DNA of 64,000 nucleotides from Pachysolen tannophilus NRRL Y-2460 (Eukaryota), in assembly GCA_001661245.1 (NCBI GenBank), contig KV454012.1, forward strand, positions 888,848 through 952,847, written 5' to 3'. The first letter of the stretch is position 1. Every line of letters starts with the position of its first letter. The notes beneath the pieces were generated by a model. That model ran no database searches and was not told the origin of the DNA. It saw only the letters and a list, made by a program, of their open reading frames with translations. Positions 11,443 through 22,027 of this stretch are shown here, piece after piece. Position numbers and translations under genes: made by a program.

Positions 11443-13425
11443 TTATAATTCTTCCAGATCTCTTGCAGCACTTCTAGTGGTTCTCTTGTTTGCCAGTGGA
11501 TGAATGTTAATGGTATTTCCACCATGGGTGTCATTGTATGAGATCTGTGTCGAGATATTATTATTTTGGATTGTATCGTTTTCATTATTATTTTCTAGAG
11601 TCTCTTGTTGAGTTTGTAGTAATACAAGATTTTTTTTTTCTTGAAATTGTGATTCTTTTGCTCTTCCAATTATTCTTCCCCAATTTTTCCTATTTTTTTG
11701 CAATGGAGATGGTATTTTTATAACATTTAAGTTTTCATTTTCCAATTTTTGTTCAATTTGTTCATTTAAAAGATTTTCAGAAATATTATTATTCAATTTA
11801 TTATTGATGTTTCCAGTTATATTACGAGTTTTTTCATAAAATTTTGGTGCAAATATACACCATCTATAATCTAATAATTCTGGTAATTCTCCTTGATCTC
11901 CAATTTCCATTAAATATGCAACTGATACTATTGGTATATGCCAATTTTTACATGCATTAATTTTATTTTTTGTTGAAGTAATACCTGTCTTTATAGATTT
12001 ACAAGATATTATTTCAGGATACTTGTATGAAAATAATTTTGGTGAATTTTTCAGATTTAAACCAATTATTGATAAATTTATAATTAATAAATCTCTTGAA
12101 GAATTTAAAGTTTCACAATATTCACATCCTAATAATTTAATTAATTTCACTATATGTAATAATTCAATACCACTAAATCCACTAATGCATATTTTTAAAT
12201 TAAATTTTAAATTAATATTCTTTATTGGTAATATCCATTTATCATATTTAATTTCATTATAATGAAGACATCTTTCTATAAACCATTCAGTAATTAATTT
12301 AATATCATATTTATTAATAAATTCAAGAAATTTTTGTGGAAGTTTAGAAATTTCAAATGTTGATGGAATTAAAAAATGTGTAATTGTTTGATCATTTAAT
12401 AAAATTTTATCATCATTTTCTGGTGATACAGAAACTTCTCCACAATGAGATCTTATAACTTTTATTAAAGTTGAAATTTTTTTCCATTCATCATATCCAT
12501 AAATTGCAAAATTAAATCCTAAAAATAATTGTGATATTTGTTGATCTTGTTCTTCTTGTATTGGTCGATTTATATTAGACTTTGTTGTTAAATTTTCAAA
12601 TTTTTCCTCCTCCTCCTCATTATTATTATTAATATTTACTTCATCCCATATTTTATTTTCAATTATTTTCTTTGATGGTGGTCTAACATTCCCCATTATA
12701 TCTCCCCAAAGGTTATTTTCTCTTTTTTTGGGAATTTTTAAAGTTGTTATATCATTATTATCTTGATTTAATTTTCTTTTATTTGTCTTAATATCAATAT
12801 TATTAAAATTTTCCAATTTTTCCCATACTAAACATGATTCTTTACCAATTTCTGAAGTTTCTAATTTACTAATATCATAATATTTAAATTCTAATGCAGC
12901 TTTTCTTTTTATTGAATCATAAATCCATATAGGTCCTACTGTTGGAATTTGCCAAATTAAAGCTTTATCATACCTTTTACCTTTTTTTTCATTTGTTATT
13001 ACACAATGATTATTAACAGTTAAAGAATCTGTTATACTACCACCATTTTGTTCAACTAATTCAATAATTTTTTGTTTCATAGAATGATTATTTAAACGAG
13101 AAAGACAAATATTTAAATGATCAAAAATTGGTAATAAATAATCATCAATATTAATACTAGAATCATCACCACTTATCCATGCTTCATGTATCTTCAATAT
13201 AGCATTCGGCCTTATAAACTTAATGTCCGCTCTATTCCTAACACTATACCTATACTTTTCAGTATCTCTATCCCCAACAATAAGATAATTAACATCACTC
13301 ATCAAATGATTAAAATGTTCACCACCCATAGATTTAATCATCTTAGATATATCCAGCCTCAAATCACTGGGAACTGAAGTAGAACAAAACTTTAAAGAAG
13401 CAAAAGGTCTAGCCTTTGATAACAT
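11443..13425 (-). CDS. DPB11: BRCT-repeat replication initiation/checkpoint protein Dpb11 (TopBP1/Rad4 family)
   Basis: Four BRCT-like repeats (e.g. MGGEHFNHLMSDVNYLIVGDRDTEKYRY; GKRYDKALIWQIPTV; ICISGFSGIELLHI); first ATG at 13425. Confidence 0.9.
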   Translation of the reverse strand: MLSKARPFASLKFCSTSVPSDLRLDISKMIKSMGGEHFNHLMSDVNYLIVGDRDTEKYRYSVRNRADIKFIRPNAILKIHEAWISGDDSSINIDDYLLPIFDHLNICLSRLNNHSMKQKIIELVEQNGGSITDSLTVNNHCVITNEKKGKRYDKALIWQIPTVGPIWIYDSIKRKAALEFKYYDISKLETSEIGKESCLVWEKLENFNNIDIKTNKRKLNQDNNDITTLKIPKKRENNLWGDIMGNVRPPSKKIIENKIWDEVNINNNNEEEEEKFENLTTKSNINRPIQEEQDQQISQLFLGFNFAIYGYDEWKKISTLIKVIRSHCGEVSVSPENDDKILLNDQTITHFLIPSTFEISKLPQKFLEFINKYDIKLITEWFIERCLHYNEIKYDKWILPIKNINLKFNLKICISGFSGIELLHIVKLIKLLGCEYCETLNSSRDLLIINLSIIGLNLKNSPKLFSYKYPEIISCKSIKTGITSTKNKINACKNWHIPIVSVAYLMEIGDQGELPELLDYRWCIFAPKFYEKTRNITGNINNKLNNNISENLLNEQIEQKLENENLNVIKIPSPLQKNRKNWGRIIGRAKESQFQEKKNLVLLQTQQETLENNNENDTIQNNNISTQISYNDTHGGNTINIHPLANKRTTRSAARDLEEL

Positions 13426-13720
13426 ATCCCAACCTAAGTTTCCTACTTCACCCACCTTCTTACTTTTTCTTAATCTTAATATTTATCTCGTTAATTGTTA
13501 TTATCGTTGTCGTTATTAACCTTTTTGGCTACGCGCATCATCAATTTAGTAGTGTGCCAAATTCCAATCATCCCCAATTTGGTTCAAAAAATTTTTTTTA
13601 AAAAAAGATTATTTTCAACCAAAAAGAAAAAAAAAAAAAAAAAAAAAAGTGGTAATAAAAAATATATATATGTGATAACGTTGACAAGGAACAAAGAATA
13701 AAAAACAAAATTAGAAAATA

Positions 13721-14044
13721 ATGGTATTTGCATTGATTAAGTTTTCTATTTTACAGAAACCTATAGTAGGGATACTAGGGAAAAGAGGATTCAGTTCATC
13801 AAGTTTTTCGCAGCAGTCGATATGTAAAGCTGGCACACCATTAAATTTAAAAGTTAAAAAAACAGGTAAAGAACCAGTTGCTTTAGAAGATGATCAATAC
13901 CCAGAATGGTTATGGAAGCTATTAGATGAGGATCATCAGCGCCTGCAATTAGAAAAAGATCCGGTCAAGAAGGCTAAGAAATTGCTAAGAAAACAAAATA
14001 TTGAAAAAATCAAATTGCATAATTTTATGACAAAGATGGGTTAA
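13721..14044 (+). CDS. MRPL37: Mitochondrial large-subunit ribosomal protein mL54
   Basis: SICKAGTPLNLKVKKTGKEPVALEDDQYPEWLWKLLD; basic presequence. Confidence 0.92.
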   Translation: MVFALIKFSILQKPIVGILGKRGFSSSSFSQQSICKAGTPLNLKVKKTGKEPVALEDDQYPEWLWKLLDEDHQRLQLEKDPVKKAKKLLRKQNIEKIKLHNFMTKMG

Positions 14045-14379
14045 ATCTAAAAAATTTTATTTTATTTTCTTATTTTCTTTTCCTCCCCTTTTCTGTATAT
14101 ATTCAATTATAAGTAATTCTTATTCAATAATCAAAACTCATCATTTATTCAATCTATATTAAATCTTTTTTGTAACTATCTCATTACTATCTTAAAACTT
14201 TTTGTTTCTGCTGAAACTTTTTTGTTGACTGCTTGTTTGTTGGCGGCGGCCGTGTCACTAAAAGTTTTGTTACAAGGTAAAAACAGGACAAAACAAACAA
14301 GAAAACAAGTAGTAAATTATATATAAATATAAATATATCTATAGATTGGGGTTCTTGTTTATATATCATCCATATCAAG

Positions 14380-16824
14380 ATGAATTCTTTTGTCTCTTCT
14401 AAAGAAGGGTCACTGTTTTTGTCTCAATTATCAAATCATTCAATTTTTAAGAGGACCACTTCTGGATTACTGACTTTTAATGAAGATTCAAGTGATAATA
14501 ATATTAATAAAAAATTTTATAACAAGATAGTATCTAGAAATAATCATGAATTATTTATAGCTACTGAGAATACTATTAGATGTTGTGATATTAATAATGG
14601 CAATTCATACAAGATATTGGATATTCCAATTATAGATTTTGAAATTGAAAGATTATTATTGAATCAATCTGGTACTTTATTAGCTATATTTAATACTTTT
14701 AATTTAATTGTTTGTTCATTACCTTCACCTGGATTTATTAATTCAAATACAGATTCAAAAATTATTGAAGCTAATTTTTTCAAAATAGGTTCAATGTATT
14801 ATAAAGATACAAATGTTAAAATATTAAAATTTTTATGGAATCCATTATCAAAATATGATTCAAATTTAATAATTTTATCTTCTGATAATTTTATAAGATC
14901 TTTTGATTTAACTTTTTCATTTGAAACATCTCAATATGAATTAAATCTTTTAAATACTGGAAATCAATCTTCTTTTGGTTTGAATTTTGAAAAAAATAAT
15001 TTTATTGTTGATCCTATATCTATTTCATTTGGTTCAAATGATTTTAATAATCCTTCAGGATGTTTAACCTTGTATATATTTAATCAAGATGGTGATATTT
15101 ACAGCTTATACCCTTTTATGCCAACTTTTATAGCTGTTCCTAAAAAATTTGTGGAAATATTATTTAATGAAACTGCATTATTATTAGAAAATACAAAAAA
15201 TAATGATACTAAAAATTTATTAATAAGACAATTCAAATTCGTTTCATCATTATATAAACAATTGGATACAGCTCAATTAGAAATAAATAATAATTTACAA
15301 GAATTAGTCATAATTAAACCTCCTTTAGAATTTGAAAAAATAAATTTGATAATTCAAGGTTTTTATAAATTATCACCTTTCCCTGATATTTTATACAATT
15401 TTGAAGGTACTGACTTAATAAATGTTAGTTGTGGTGAAAATTTGGATTTACTTGTTGTAACTTGGTCAAATGGAGGTATATTATTATTATTACAAAATTC
15501 AAAATCAATAATGAGGTGGGAAAATGATGAAAGTGAAATTTCTAGTTATTCCAATTTTGATGATGACGAAGAAGATGAAACTAAATATGATCCAACACTT
15601 ATTTCACTTGAATACATAGAATTGGCTCAACAGAAATCATCTTCTTTTTCAAATATTTCATTGGTGCCTTTAAAAAACTCGAATTATAAATTTTATATAA
15701 ATATCAACAATTTAAAGTTGATACAATTAGAATTTTCTAAATGGGGTAAATTATTAAATGAGGCTATCTTAAGTAATAATACTGATTTATTTTTAAAGAT
15801 AACTTCGGCTCCATTAAATAGTGATTTGATGTTAATTTCTGGGGGAAATAATGATCAAAACCTTGACAAATTTGAAGGTTTAACTATTTTAATTGAAGAT
15901 GATAAGGAATTTATAATTGAATTCAGAAGTTCAAAAGTTAACATTATTGAAAAAGAATTAAATGAAAAACTGGAGAAAAATGAAAAGGATAAAATAAAAT
16001 TGAAAAGTGTGCCATCAATAGATAATTCAGATTCAAATAAATATTCCACTGATATCAAATATGAAAGTTTGTTATCAGGACCATTTGAAGAATTAAAACA
16101 ATTGTTAAGTTTGATTAATCATGAAAATCTTTCGAAAGGCACTAAATCTGGAGCAGATTTGAAATATCAATTATCTGCGACAGATGAAAAATCTTTACAA
16201 GTTTTAAATCAAATTTCTAAAAACTTGGTCCTTAAAAATATTATTAATTATCATAAATTTGGATTGAGTTTGTTGAACAGGTTATCATTACAACATGAGG
16301 AATTAACTTTGCAAATCAACAAGTTAAATGATCTTAATAAGAGTGGACATGATGCTCAAAGTCGAGCAAAATTAAGTGAGGCACAAGAAGAAAAATTAAA
16401 TAAATTAGTTTCAAAACAACAAGAATTAGATAAAAGAATTTCTAAATTATACGACCAATTAAACGAGTCTTTACAAAACTATAGTAAGACTAGAGGTAAA
16501 GATATACTGATTTCAAATGCTGAAAAAAAATGGTTTGAAGAACTAAACCAAATATCCAATCATGTTTCAGGACATTTAAACGCAAAAGTAGCTTCTTTAA
16601 CGAGCCAGCTGAGCTATATCAAAAGCTTCATATTAAGCAGTGGCTGGGCTGGTGATTATTTGAACAAAACTGAAAATTTGAAACAAAATTTTAACAGAGA
16701 ATATGATTGGAACACATTAATTAAAAAATTCAAAGAAAATGGGAAATTAATTGATTTTGTCGGTGAAACTTTGGACAATGAACTCGTTGACATTGAAGTT
16801 ATGATGAGGGATATGCATTTGTGA
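14380..16824 (+). CDS. NUP82: Nucleoporin Nup82
   Basis: N-terminal beta-propeller (LNQSGTLLA, WNPLS, LSSDNFIRSFDL, DGDIYSLYPFMP) plus C-terminal coiled coil with ISNAEKKWFEEL. Confidence 0.88.
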   Translation: MNSFVSSKEGSLFLSQLSNHSIFKRTTSGLLTFNEDSSDNNINKKFYNKIVSRNNHELFIATENTIRCCDINNGNSYKILDIPIIDFEIERLLLNQSGTLLAIFNTFNLIVCSLPSPGFINSNTDSKIIEANFFKIGSMYYKDTNVKILKFLWNPLSKYDSNLIILSSDNFIRSFDLTFSFETSQYELNLLNTGNQSSFGLNFEKNNFIVDPISISFGSNDFNNPSGCLTLYIFNQDGDIYSLYPFMPTFIAVPKKFVEILFNETALLLENTKNNDTKNLLIRQFKFVSSLYKQLDTAQLEINNNLQELVIIKPPLEFEKINLIIQGFYKLSPFPDILYNFEGTDLINVSCGENLDLLVVTWSNGGILLLLQNSKSIMRWENDESEISSYSNFDDDEEDETKYDPTLISLEYIELAQQKSSSFSNISLVPLKNSNYKFYININNLKLIQLEFSKWGKLLNEAILSNNTDLFLKITSAPLNSDLMLISGGNNDQNLDKFEGLTILIEDDKEFIIEFRSSKVNIIEKELNEKLEKNEKDKIKLKSVPSIDNSDSNKYSTDIKYESLLSGPFEELKQLLSLINHENLSKGTKSGADLKYQLSATDEKSLQVLNQISKNLVLKNIINYHKFGLSLLNRLSLQHEELTLQINKLNDLNKSGHDAQSRAKLSEAQEEKLNKLVSKQQELDKRISKLYDQLNESLQNYSKTRGKDILISNAEKKWFEELNQISNHVSGHLNAKVASLTSQLSYIKSFILSSGWAGDYLNKTENLKQNFNREYDWNTLIKKFKENGKLIDFVGETLDNELVDIEVMMRDMHL

Positions 16825-16956
16825 ATAAAATATAGTCATTTTCTACATACATTTTTATAATACCATGTTTAGCTTAAATCATTTACATTATTAACATCAA
16901 GAAAAAGAACAAATTTAAAAGAAAATAAAAAGACATAAAAAAAAAAATAAAAAAAA

Positions 16957-17418
16957 TTAAAAATCAGTGACTCTACCATTATATGCCCAATCTCCATGCC
17001 TTAAAGGTTCTTGCTTTGGACCACCAACTTCTCCCGTCAGAGGATTAGTTTCTCCTTGAAATTCTGGAATGGTTTTCAAATACTCTGGAGAAAATGCACC
17101 AATATCATTTTTCAAATTTGGTGTTGAATCATCTGAAGCTTGTTTACTAGAATTCGATTCCGCATTTGCCTGTGCATTATATTCTTCAATAGACAGCTGT
17201 GAATTTGCAATTTTCTGTAATCTTTCAAACTCTTCTTGTTCTTCTTCTGGTAATTTAGGAGGACCCACTGTATGTGTCATGAATGGGTTTTTCTTGGAAT
17301 TTTCAGATAAAAACGAAGGCTGAAACTTCTTGCTCGAATCATCTTTCAACTGCCTCAGCGACAAAGAAATGAATCTCTTTGAAATAAAATACTTCGAAAA
17401 CGTAGTTATTGATCTCAT
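16957..17418 (-). CDS. SDH8: Succinate dehydrogenase assembly factor 4
   Basis: GPPKLPEEEQEEFERLQK and C-terminal GEVGGPKQEPLRHGDWAYNGRVTDF. Confidence 0.95.
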   Translation of the reverse strand: MRSITTFSKYFISKRFISLSLRQLKDDSSKKFQPSFLSENSKKNPFMTHTVGPPKLPEEEQEEFERLQKIANSQLSIEEYNAQANAESNSSKQASDDSTPNLKNDIGAFSPEYLKTIPEFQGETNPLTGEVGGPKQEPLRHGDWAYNGRVTDF

Positions 17419-17757
17419 TCTTTTTGATTATAAATGATAAAATGATAACTAACACCTTTATATATATATATATATATATATATAATAGACGTTAAAAGGT
17501 TTTGAAATCATGGAAATATAAGGAAAAAACCAAAAAAAAATAAAAAGAAAAAAAAAGAAAAGATCGAAGCGGAGAAATTTTAATTTTCTCCGTTTTTCTT
17601 TTTTATTTCCTTTGTGGAGATTTTAGTTTTTGGAGAAGTTATTATTTTCTCCGAGGTAAACAAAAGAGAAGTCGCAGAAAACACATGTGTTTGCGAGTTA
17701 TATAAACTATTGACAATATAGCATATCGCAAAAGAGGAATAGGTAGATTGAGTTTTG

Positions 17758-20394
17758 ATGATGGTGTCCCGTTGGAGATGGAAAGCATTGGTGTTGGTAG
17801 TGATTGTTCAAATTCTTTCATTTTTTTTCTTTGTCAAAGGGTTTTTTCCAACAAAAGTTGTGCTACAAGGTAATGGTACTAATTATGTGGAACATTTGAA
17901 GAATGATGACCTGCTTTATGATAAACTTATATTCATGGTTGTTGATGCTATGAGAAGTGATTTTGTATTTTCTAATGATTCTAATATGCCTTTTGTTCAT
18001 AGTTTGATTAATGGGAACAAAGCAATTGGCTTCACGGCTTTTAGTAATCCACCAACTGTTACATTACCTAGATTGAAGGGTATCACTACAGGCTCTACAC
18101 CAAGTTTCTTGGACGCTATATTAAATATAGCTGAAGATGACACTTCTTCTACTTTGGGAGATCAAGATAGTTGGGTTAAAGAATTATATTTAAAAGGTAA
18201 AAATATAAATATGTATGGAGATGATACTTGGTTAAAATTATTTCCAAAATATTTTAGTAAAATTGATGGCACAAGTAGTTTTTATGTGTCTGATTTCACC
18301 GAGGTCGATAATAATGTAACCAGACATTTGGATGAAGAATTATCAAGTGGTGCTGATTGGGATGTCTTAATATTACACTATTTGGGCTTAGATCATATTG
18401 GTCATCAAGGTGGCCCGAAATCTTCAAATATGCCTATAAAACAATTGGAGATGGATGATATCATTAAAAGGATTTATGAAGAGCACCTTCTTAAAAATGA
18501 AAAAACATTGTTTGTGGTTTTAGGTGATCATGGAATGAATGAAATTGGGAATCATGGTGGTTCGTCAATAGGTGAAACAAGTGCAGCATTATTATTCATT
18601 TCTAATAATTTCCAAAAATTTGTTAAAAATGTTAAAGCTCCCTTATTGAATAATGAAAATTTTGAGTTTTACTCCAAAATTCAACAAATTGATATAGTAC
18701 CGACTTTAGCTTCTTTGTTGAATTTCCCAATTCCTAAAAATAATCTAGGTATATTAATAGAAAGTTTTAAACCAATTTTTGGAAACAACTTCATTAACCT
18801 GTTACTAGAAAATGCTTTCCAATTTAAAAACTTAATTGAAACATCGTTTGGTACGAAATTCGTCTCATTTGACGCGGATTCAGAATCTCCTAAGAATGAT
18901 TTTGAAAATTTTTCAAAACTTTGGTATGACATTGAAAATACACATAATGATGTGGTAAAAGCAGATCGTATTTATGAATTCATGAAAAAATGTCAACTGT
19001 ATTTGTCAAATTCTTCAACTAATTATAATTACTTTCAAATTTATACTGGGTTTGGAATATTTATTTTCACTTCGTTATTAATTGTAATTTATTACTTAAT
19101 ATCTTCATATAATACTGGTAATTTTTATTTGAGTATAGTTGGGATCTTATTTTCGTCCTTGTTGGCTTTATCGTCTGTTGGCTCATCTATGATCGAAGAA
19201 GAGTATCAAATCTGGTGGTGGTTTATAACTCTTTTTTTCACTGGGATCTTGTTCTATTTAAAGGCTTCAAACTTCACATCGCTGACCACTTTATTGGCTT
19301 TAAGATTGATTAGAGGTTGGAATAATTCTGGACAGAAGAACAACTTAGTTTCAAATTTAAAAATCTCCAAAATTTTAGGTGAAAATTTTTTAATAAACTG
19401 GGCTTTAGTTGGGATGGTGTACTGTTCTATTATTTATCTTGTTTGTAAAGGTGGACTTACGCACATTTTTAATTCTTCGGCACTATCATTTATATCGATT
19501 TTTTTGCTAGTTTCATTGAACTTTACAAATAAGTTGATACTTTCTTTTTTACAGGAGGAAAAGGATGTAAGTTATGAAAATTTTCCCAAAGTGTTCTTGA
19601 ATATAATACAGTGGACAGTTGATATTTTAGGTGTTGAAGATGTCAAAGATTGTTTAAACCCAATCTTTAAGCTATTTTACTTGACATTTTTTATTTTAAT
19701 AATTGGAAGAGTAGCATTTCAACTTATGACTAGAACCAAGATGGTGAACTTTCTTGGAAACGAAACTTCTATTTCTAAGGTAAGATCATTTTATTTCAAT
19801 GATTTGGCTAATATTTTAACATTACTTTTGTTAAATCAGACATCGCTAAAAAATATTCCATTATATTTACTCTTCATAATATTAAGACAAAACTACATTT
19901 CATTATTTAAAAGTTTGATTGTGGAAAAAAATATATTTAAAATTTCATTATTCTTAACGAGTCTTAACATATTTATGCAAAATTTTTCGTTCTTCAGTTT
20001 TGGTAACACAAATTCGCTTTCATCAATTGATTTAACTAATGCATTTAACGGTTTGTCAGAGTATAACTTACTTCTATGTGGAATCTTAACTTTTGTGGCA
20101 AATTGGTCAGGTCCCATATTCTGGTCCCTCAGCTTCTATTTGACTGTTTTATCTGAGTTTAACAAGGAGTTACAATTGTATAAATACGATTTATTATACT
20201 ATAAATTGTTAATTAGTTCAATGTTTTATTCCATTGTTGGATGTGGATTAATCGGTTCTTGCATTTTATTGAGATATCACTTGTTTATTTGGACCGTTTT
20301 TAGCCCAAAATTGTTATATTTCGGAAGTTGGTATGTCTTTATGAACTTTGGCGTTGATTTTATTTTATCTTTTGTCTTGATTTCTTTTTACTGA
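17758..20394 (+). CDS. GPI7: GPI ethanolamine phosphate transferase 2 (PIG-G)
   Basis: FMVVDAMRSDF, PPTVTLPRLKGITTG, LHYLGLDHIGH, GDHGM, C-terminal RYHLFIWTVFSPK; first ATG 17758 (S. cerevisiae name LAS21). Confidence 0.94.
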   Translation: MMVSRWRWKALVLVVIVQILSFFFFVKGFFPTKVVLQGNGTNYVEHLKNDDLLYDKLIFMVVDAMRSDFVFSNDSNMPFVHSLINGNKAIGFTAFSNPPTVTLPRLKGITTGSTPSFLDAILNIAEDDTSSTLGDQDSWVKELYLKGKNINMYGDDTWLKLFPKYFSKIDGTSSFYVSDFTEVDNNVTRHLDEELSSGADWDVLILHYLGLDHIGHQGGPKSSNMPIKQLEMDDIIKRIYEEHLLKNEKTLFVVLGDHGMNEIGNHGGSSIGETSAALLFISNNFQKFVKNVKAPLLNNENFEFYSKIQQIDIVPTLASLLNFPIPKNNLGILIESFKPIFGNNFINLLLENAFQFKNLIETSFGTKFVSFDADSESPKNDFENFSKLWYDIENTHNDVVKADRIYEFMKKCQLYLSNSSTNYNYFQIYTGFGIFIFTSLLIVIYYLISSYNTGNFYLSIVGILFSSLLALSSVGSSMIEEEYQIWWWFITLFFTGILFYLKASNFTSLTTLLALRLIRGWNNSGQKNNLVSNLKISKILGENFLINWALVGMVYCSIIYLVCKGGLTHIFNSSALSFISIFLLVSLNFTNKLILSFLQEEKDVSYENFPKVFLNIIQWTVDILGVEDVKDCLNPIFKLFYLTFFILIIGRVAFQLMTRTKMVNFLGNETSISKVRSFYFNDLANILTLLLLNQTSLKNIPLYLLFIILRQNYISLFKSLIVEKNIFKISLFLTSLNIFMQNFSFFSFGNTNSLSSIDLTNAFNGLSEYNLLLCGILTFVANWSGPIFWSLSFYLTVLSEFNKELQLYKYDLLYYKLLISSMFYSIVGCGLIGSCILLRYHLFIWTVFSPKLLYFGSWYVFMNFGVDFILSFVLISFY

Positions 20395-20524
20395 TGTTTT
20401 ATTAGACGAATGGAGTTTAACGAAGCTTATTTAATCAATTTCTCTACGAAAACTTTTACCCCAAAAAATATTAATAATTAATGCATGCATATATAGAATT
20501 AGCAGAAATAAATGGTGTATAACC

Positions 20525-21799
20525 CTACTGTAACAATTGATCTCTATAATGAGGTTGATTATTAATAAACTTAGCGGCTCTTCTGTCATTGGTATCATTA
20601 GCTTTACTTTGCCTTTTCCAAATTCTTTTCCTCTCAGCCAACAGTTTTTTGTCGTATAAGGAAGCCAAACGTCTAGTCTCAGCAGCAATGACAGTCCCTT
20701 GCCCTTCTGAAAGTACCAAATCTGGTCTCAAATTTTGACGGTAATAACGTTGAAGAGATCTATGACCAACAACTGCACCTGAAGGAAGGTGTAATTCATA
20801 TCCGTTATAATAGGAAAGCTCTTGAGGAACTTCGCCATCGGATAAATCACCTGTACTTTCTTCATCTTCTGAGTCAACATCTTCCCATTCATCATCTTCT
20901 TCACCTGTGCTTTCTTTTGCATCTTGAATAACAATTTTGCTTTTACTAGGAGAATTTGAATCTTGATATGTAGAACTAAAATCATAAAACTCTGATATTT
21001 CAAGTTTTTCGTCTTCAGTTTCATACGGTATTTTACAATGACTTTTTGATAACATATGAGCTCTAACAGCCTCTATTGATCTACCTTGGTAAGAACAAAC
21101 AATACAAATATTTCCCAACCCAATTTTTTCAGACAAATATTGAATTAGTCCTTCCTTGTCAACTAAATATTTTTGCTCTGGAATATAAAGACCATGATTC
21201 TTGAACATGTGATTTACAGATTCATCCAAGTTTGGATATTTCTTATTGCAAAACAAACAATGATTCTTTGGAATTTCAACCCGATTTTTCAATTTCTCTT
21301 CTAAAAGTTGCTCTTCTGTTAAATCTTCTTCCTGTAACGGTTCTTGCAGCAGAAGTACTTCAAAAGTTTGAGAATGATCATTTGCTATTTCTTCAATAGA
21401 ATTTAACTCCTTTTCTTCTAATATAGGTTTTTCAACTTTATCTGCTTTATTGTGAACCGATATTCCAGCCGACTCTAACAACTGATTTTTCTTTTTCAAT
21501 AGTTCTTCTTTTTCTCTCCTTCTTTGCTCCTTTTTTGTTATAGTTTTTTGAACCTCTTCTTTTGATTTACCACCCTTTCTGCTCCTTCCCTTCGTAGAAT
21601 CTTTATCTTCCGAGTTATTCTTTGTTTCATCATTAATTGATAAACTAGCTAACTTCGAATTGAACGCATCCTCTGTTACTGCAGGTAATTGTGCAACTCT
21701 TCTTTTTAAATTATAACGATGCCACTCAGACTTCATATGCAGTCTCTGGTCATCAGGCTCTGCAAACCCTAACCCACAACTATTACAAGTGTAATGCAT
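20525..21799 (-). CDS. REI1: Cytoplasmic pre-60S maturation zinc-finger factor Rei1
   Basis: YTCNSC...HMKSEWHRYNLKRRVAQLP, further C2H2 fingers, C-terminal NNQPHYRDQLLQ; ATG 21799. Confidence 0.95.
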   Translation of the reverse strand: MHYTCNSCGLGFAEPDDQRLHMKSEWHRYNLKRRVAQLPAVTEDAFNSKLASLSINDETKNNSEDKDSTKGRSRKGGKSKEEVQKTITKKEQRRREKEELLKKKNQLLESAGISVHNKADKVEKPILEEKELNSIEEIANDHSQTFEVLLLQEPLQEEDLTEEQLLEEKLKNRVEIPKNHCLFCNKKYPNLDESVNHMFKNHGLYIPEQKYLVDKEGLIQYLSEKIGLGNICIVCSYQGRSIEAVRAHMLSKSHCKIPYETEDEKLEISEFYDFSSTYQDSNSPSKSKIVIQDAKESTGEEDDEWEDVDSEDEESTGDLSDGEVPQELSYYNGYELHLPSGAVVGHRSLQRYYRQNLRPDLVLSEGQGTVIAAETRRLASLYDKKLLAERKRIWKRQSKANDTNDRRAAKFINNQPHYRDQLLQ

Positions 21800-21925
21800 C
21801 TTTCGTCTATTCAATTTCTACAAGTTCTTTATTTACTGTAGATAGATATTATATATAAAATATATACTAAAGTAAAAAAAAAAAAAAAAATAAAAAATTT
21901 TTTTTTTTTTACTTTATAAAAATTT

Positions 21926-21936
21926 TGAAAAATTTT
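21926..21936. promoter_or_regulatory. RRPE-like motif TGAAAAATTTT upstream of REI1
   Basis: Exact RRPE consensus ~130 bp upstream of a ribosome-biogenesis gene; AT-rich background lowers specificity. Confidence 0.55.
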
Positions 21937-21983
21937 CTTTCCTTTTTGGGTCATTTGATACATTATATACTACTTTTCCGAGT

Positions 21984-22019
21984 GATGGAGCAATTGATGG
22001 AGCAATTGATGGAGCAATT
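21984..22019. repeat. Perfect 12-bp tandem repeat GATGGAGCAATT x3
   Basis: Read directly; lies 8 bp beyond the RRP6 stop, upstream of REI1. Confidence 0.95.
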
Positions 22020-22027
22020 TCTGGTGA

